Source of the DNA: Wickerhamiella versatilis
Taxonomy: Eukaryota
Assembly (NCBI GenBank): GCA_030867685.1
Contig: JAQOWU010000007.1
Span: 2,170,001-2,234,000, forward strand
Length of the DNA stretch: 64,000 bases
Direction: 5' to 3'
The position numbers and the translations under genes were made by a program. This document shows, one piece after another, positions 63,273 to 64,000 of the stretch (its first letter is position 1; each line of letters starts with the position of its first letter). The notes under the pieces are model-generated. The model saw nothing but the letters and a program-made list of their open reading frames with translations. It was not told the origin of the DNA and ran no database searches.

Positions 63273-64000
63273 CTATATAACTATCTTTGACCACCAACTT
63301 TTGATAGTATATATAATACTCTTTAACCATGGCAATAATAGGATCATAGTTAAAACAGTTGCAGCAGGGGCCGCAACTTTCCAGTAGTGGTGTACATCTG
63401 TTTGAATTTCGGTGAATTCCTGAAAATTCATACCGTAATAACCAGTCAAAAAAGTCAATGGCATGAAGATTGTAGCAACCACAGAAAGCATGCTCAAACT
63501 ATCATTTGCTGAGGTAGATATCGTGTTAAAAATTAGTCCCGAAAGGGCCTTTGCTTGCTGGGACATCGTCTCAATTCTGTCAACATATCGCTCTGTATGG
63601 TTGACGACATCGCGATAGTACATGTTTGCAGCTGTAGAAGCCGTGCATGTAGTTTGGGAACCAATAGATGATAAAAGGGACATCATCGACGAAGCAAACG
63701 ACCTCAGCGCTCCTAAGTCCGTAACTAGGTTATGGAGAACATATGTTTGATGAAGAGTAGGCCTGTTCAGAGAGTCTTGCTGCAAGCTACTAAGACGGTG
63801 TTGGTAATTCGTGGAAATTGGATCAAGCATATCAACCGCAGCATCTAAAATTGCCTGTACTAGCACATTGGGATCATTGGATTCACGAAGCATAGACTTT
63901 GGCGACCTTAACTTCTGACTCAAAGGCTCTAGAATCTCATTTGCACCATACTCAAAAAAAGTTAAAACCGAGTTATCCTTTGTCAAGAACATCGAGACCT
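63273..64000 (-). CDS. CorA-family divalent cation transporter, C-terminal part (5'-partial)
   Basis: QAILDAAVD, IFMPLTFLTGYYGMNF signature, two C-terminal TM helices; frame is open to the window edge. Confidence 0.9.
   Translation of the reverse strand, partial: VSMFLTKDNSVLTFFEYGANEILEPLSQKLRSPKSMLRESNDPNVLVQAILDAAVDMLDPISTNYQHRLSSLQQDSLNRPTLHQTYVLHNLVTDLGALRSFASSMMSLLSSIGSQTTCTASTAANMYYRDVVNHTERYVDRIETMSQQAKALSGLIFNTISTSANDSLSMLSVVATIFMPLTFLTGYYGMNFQEFTEIQTDVHHYWKVAAPAATVLTMILLLPWLKSIIYTIKSWWSKIVI

Overview
Eukaryotic, intron-poor, extremely compact budding-yeast (Saccharomycotina) chromosome segment with about 38 protein-coding genes. The gene density, short intergenic spacers and bacterial-type accessory genes suggest the Wickerhamiella/Starmerella clade, but that assignment is inference. 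Most genes are conserved housekeeping genes: ABZ1, FTH1-like, SGT1, SKI8, queuine tRNA-ribosyltransferase, WHI2, SFK1, NSR1, DNL4, GLN1, GUT1, CBP4, DPB3, SFH5, ERG1, UBA1, SRB5, APL1, HRQ1, TIM13, RBK1, PRP45, POP5, RNR2, CAF120/SKG3, PIG-Y-like, FBA1, FRE and a CorA transporter. Two accessory islets stand out. The first is a divergent FGGY kinase, an OPT peptide transporter and a DUF885 putative metallopeptidase (16.1-23.0 kb). The second is a signal-peptide-bearing DUF3237 protein divergent from an orphan secreted protein (42.7-44.3 kb). Two intergenic regions look like structured ncRNAs (14.4-14.6 kb; 35.8-36.0 kb, possibly an intron-hosted H/ACA snoRNA). Several head-to-head gene pairs are only 15-69 bp apart. 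No tRNA, rRNA, transposon or CRISPR array was recognised. All family calls come from recalled motifs, not from database searches.
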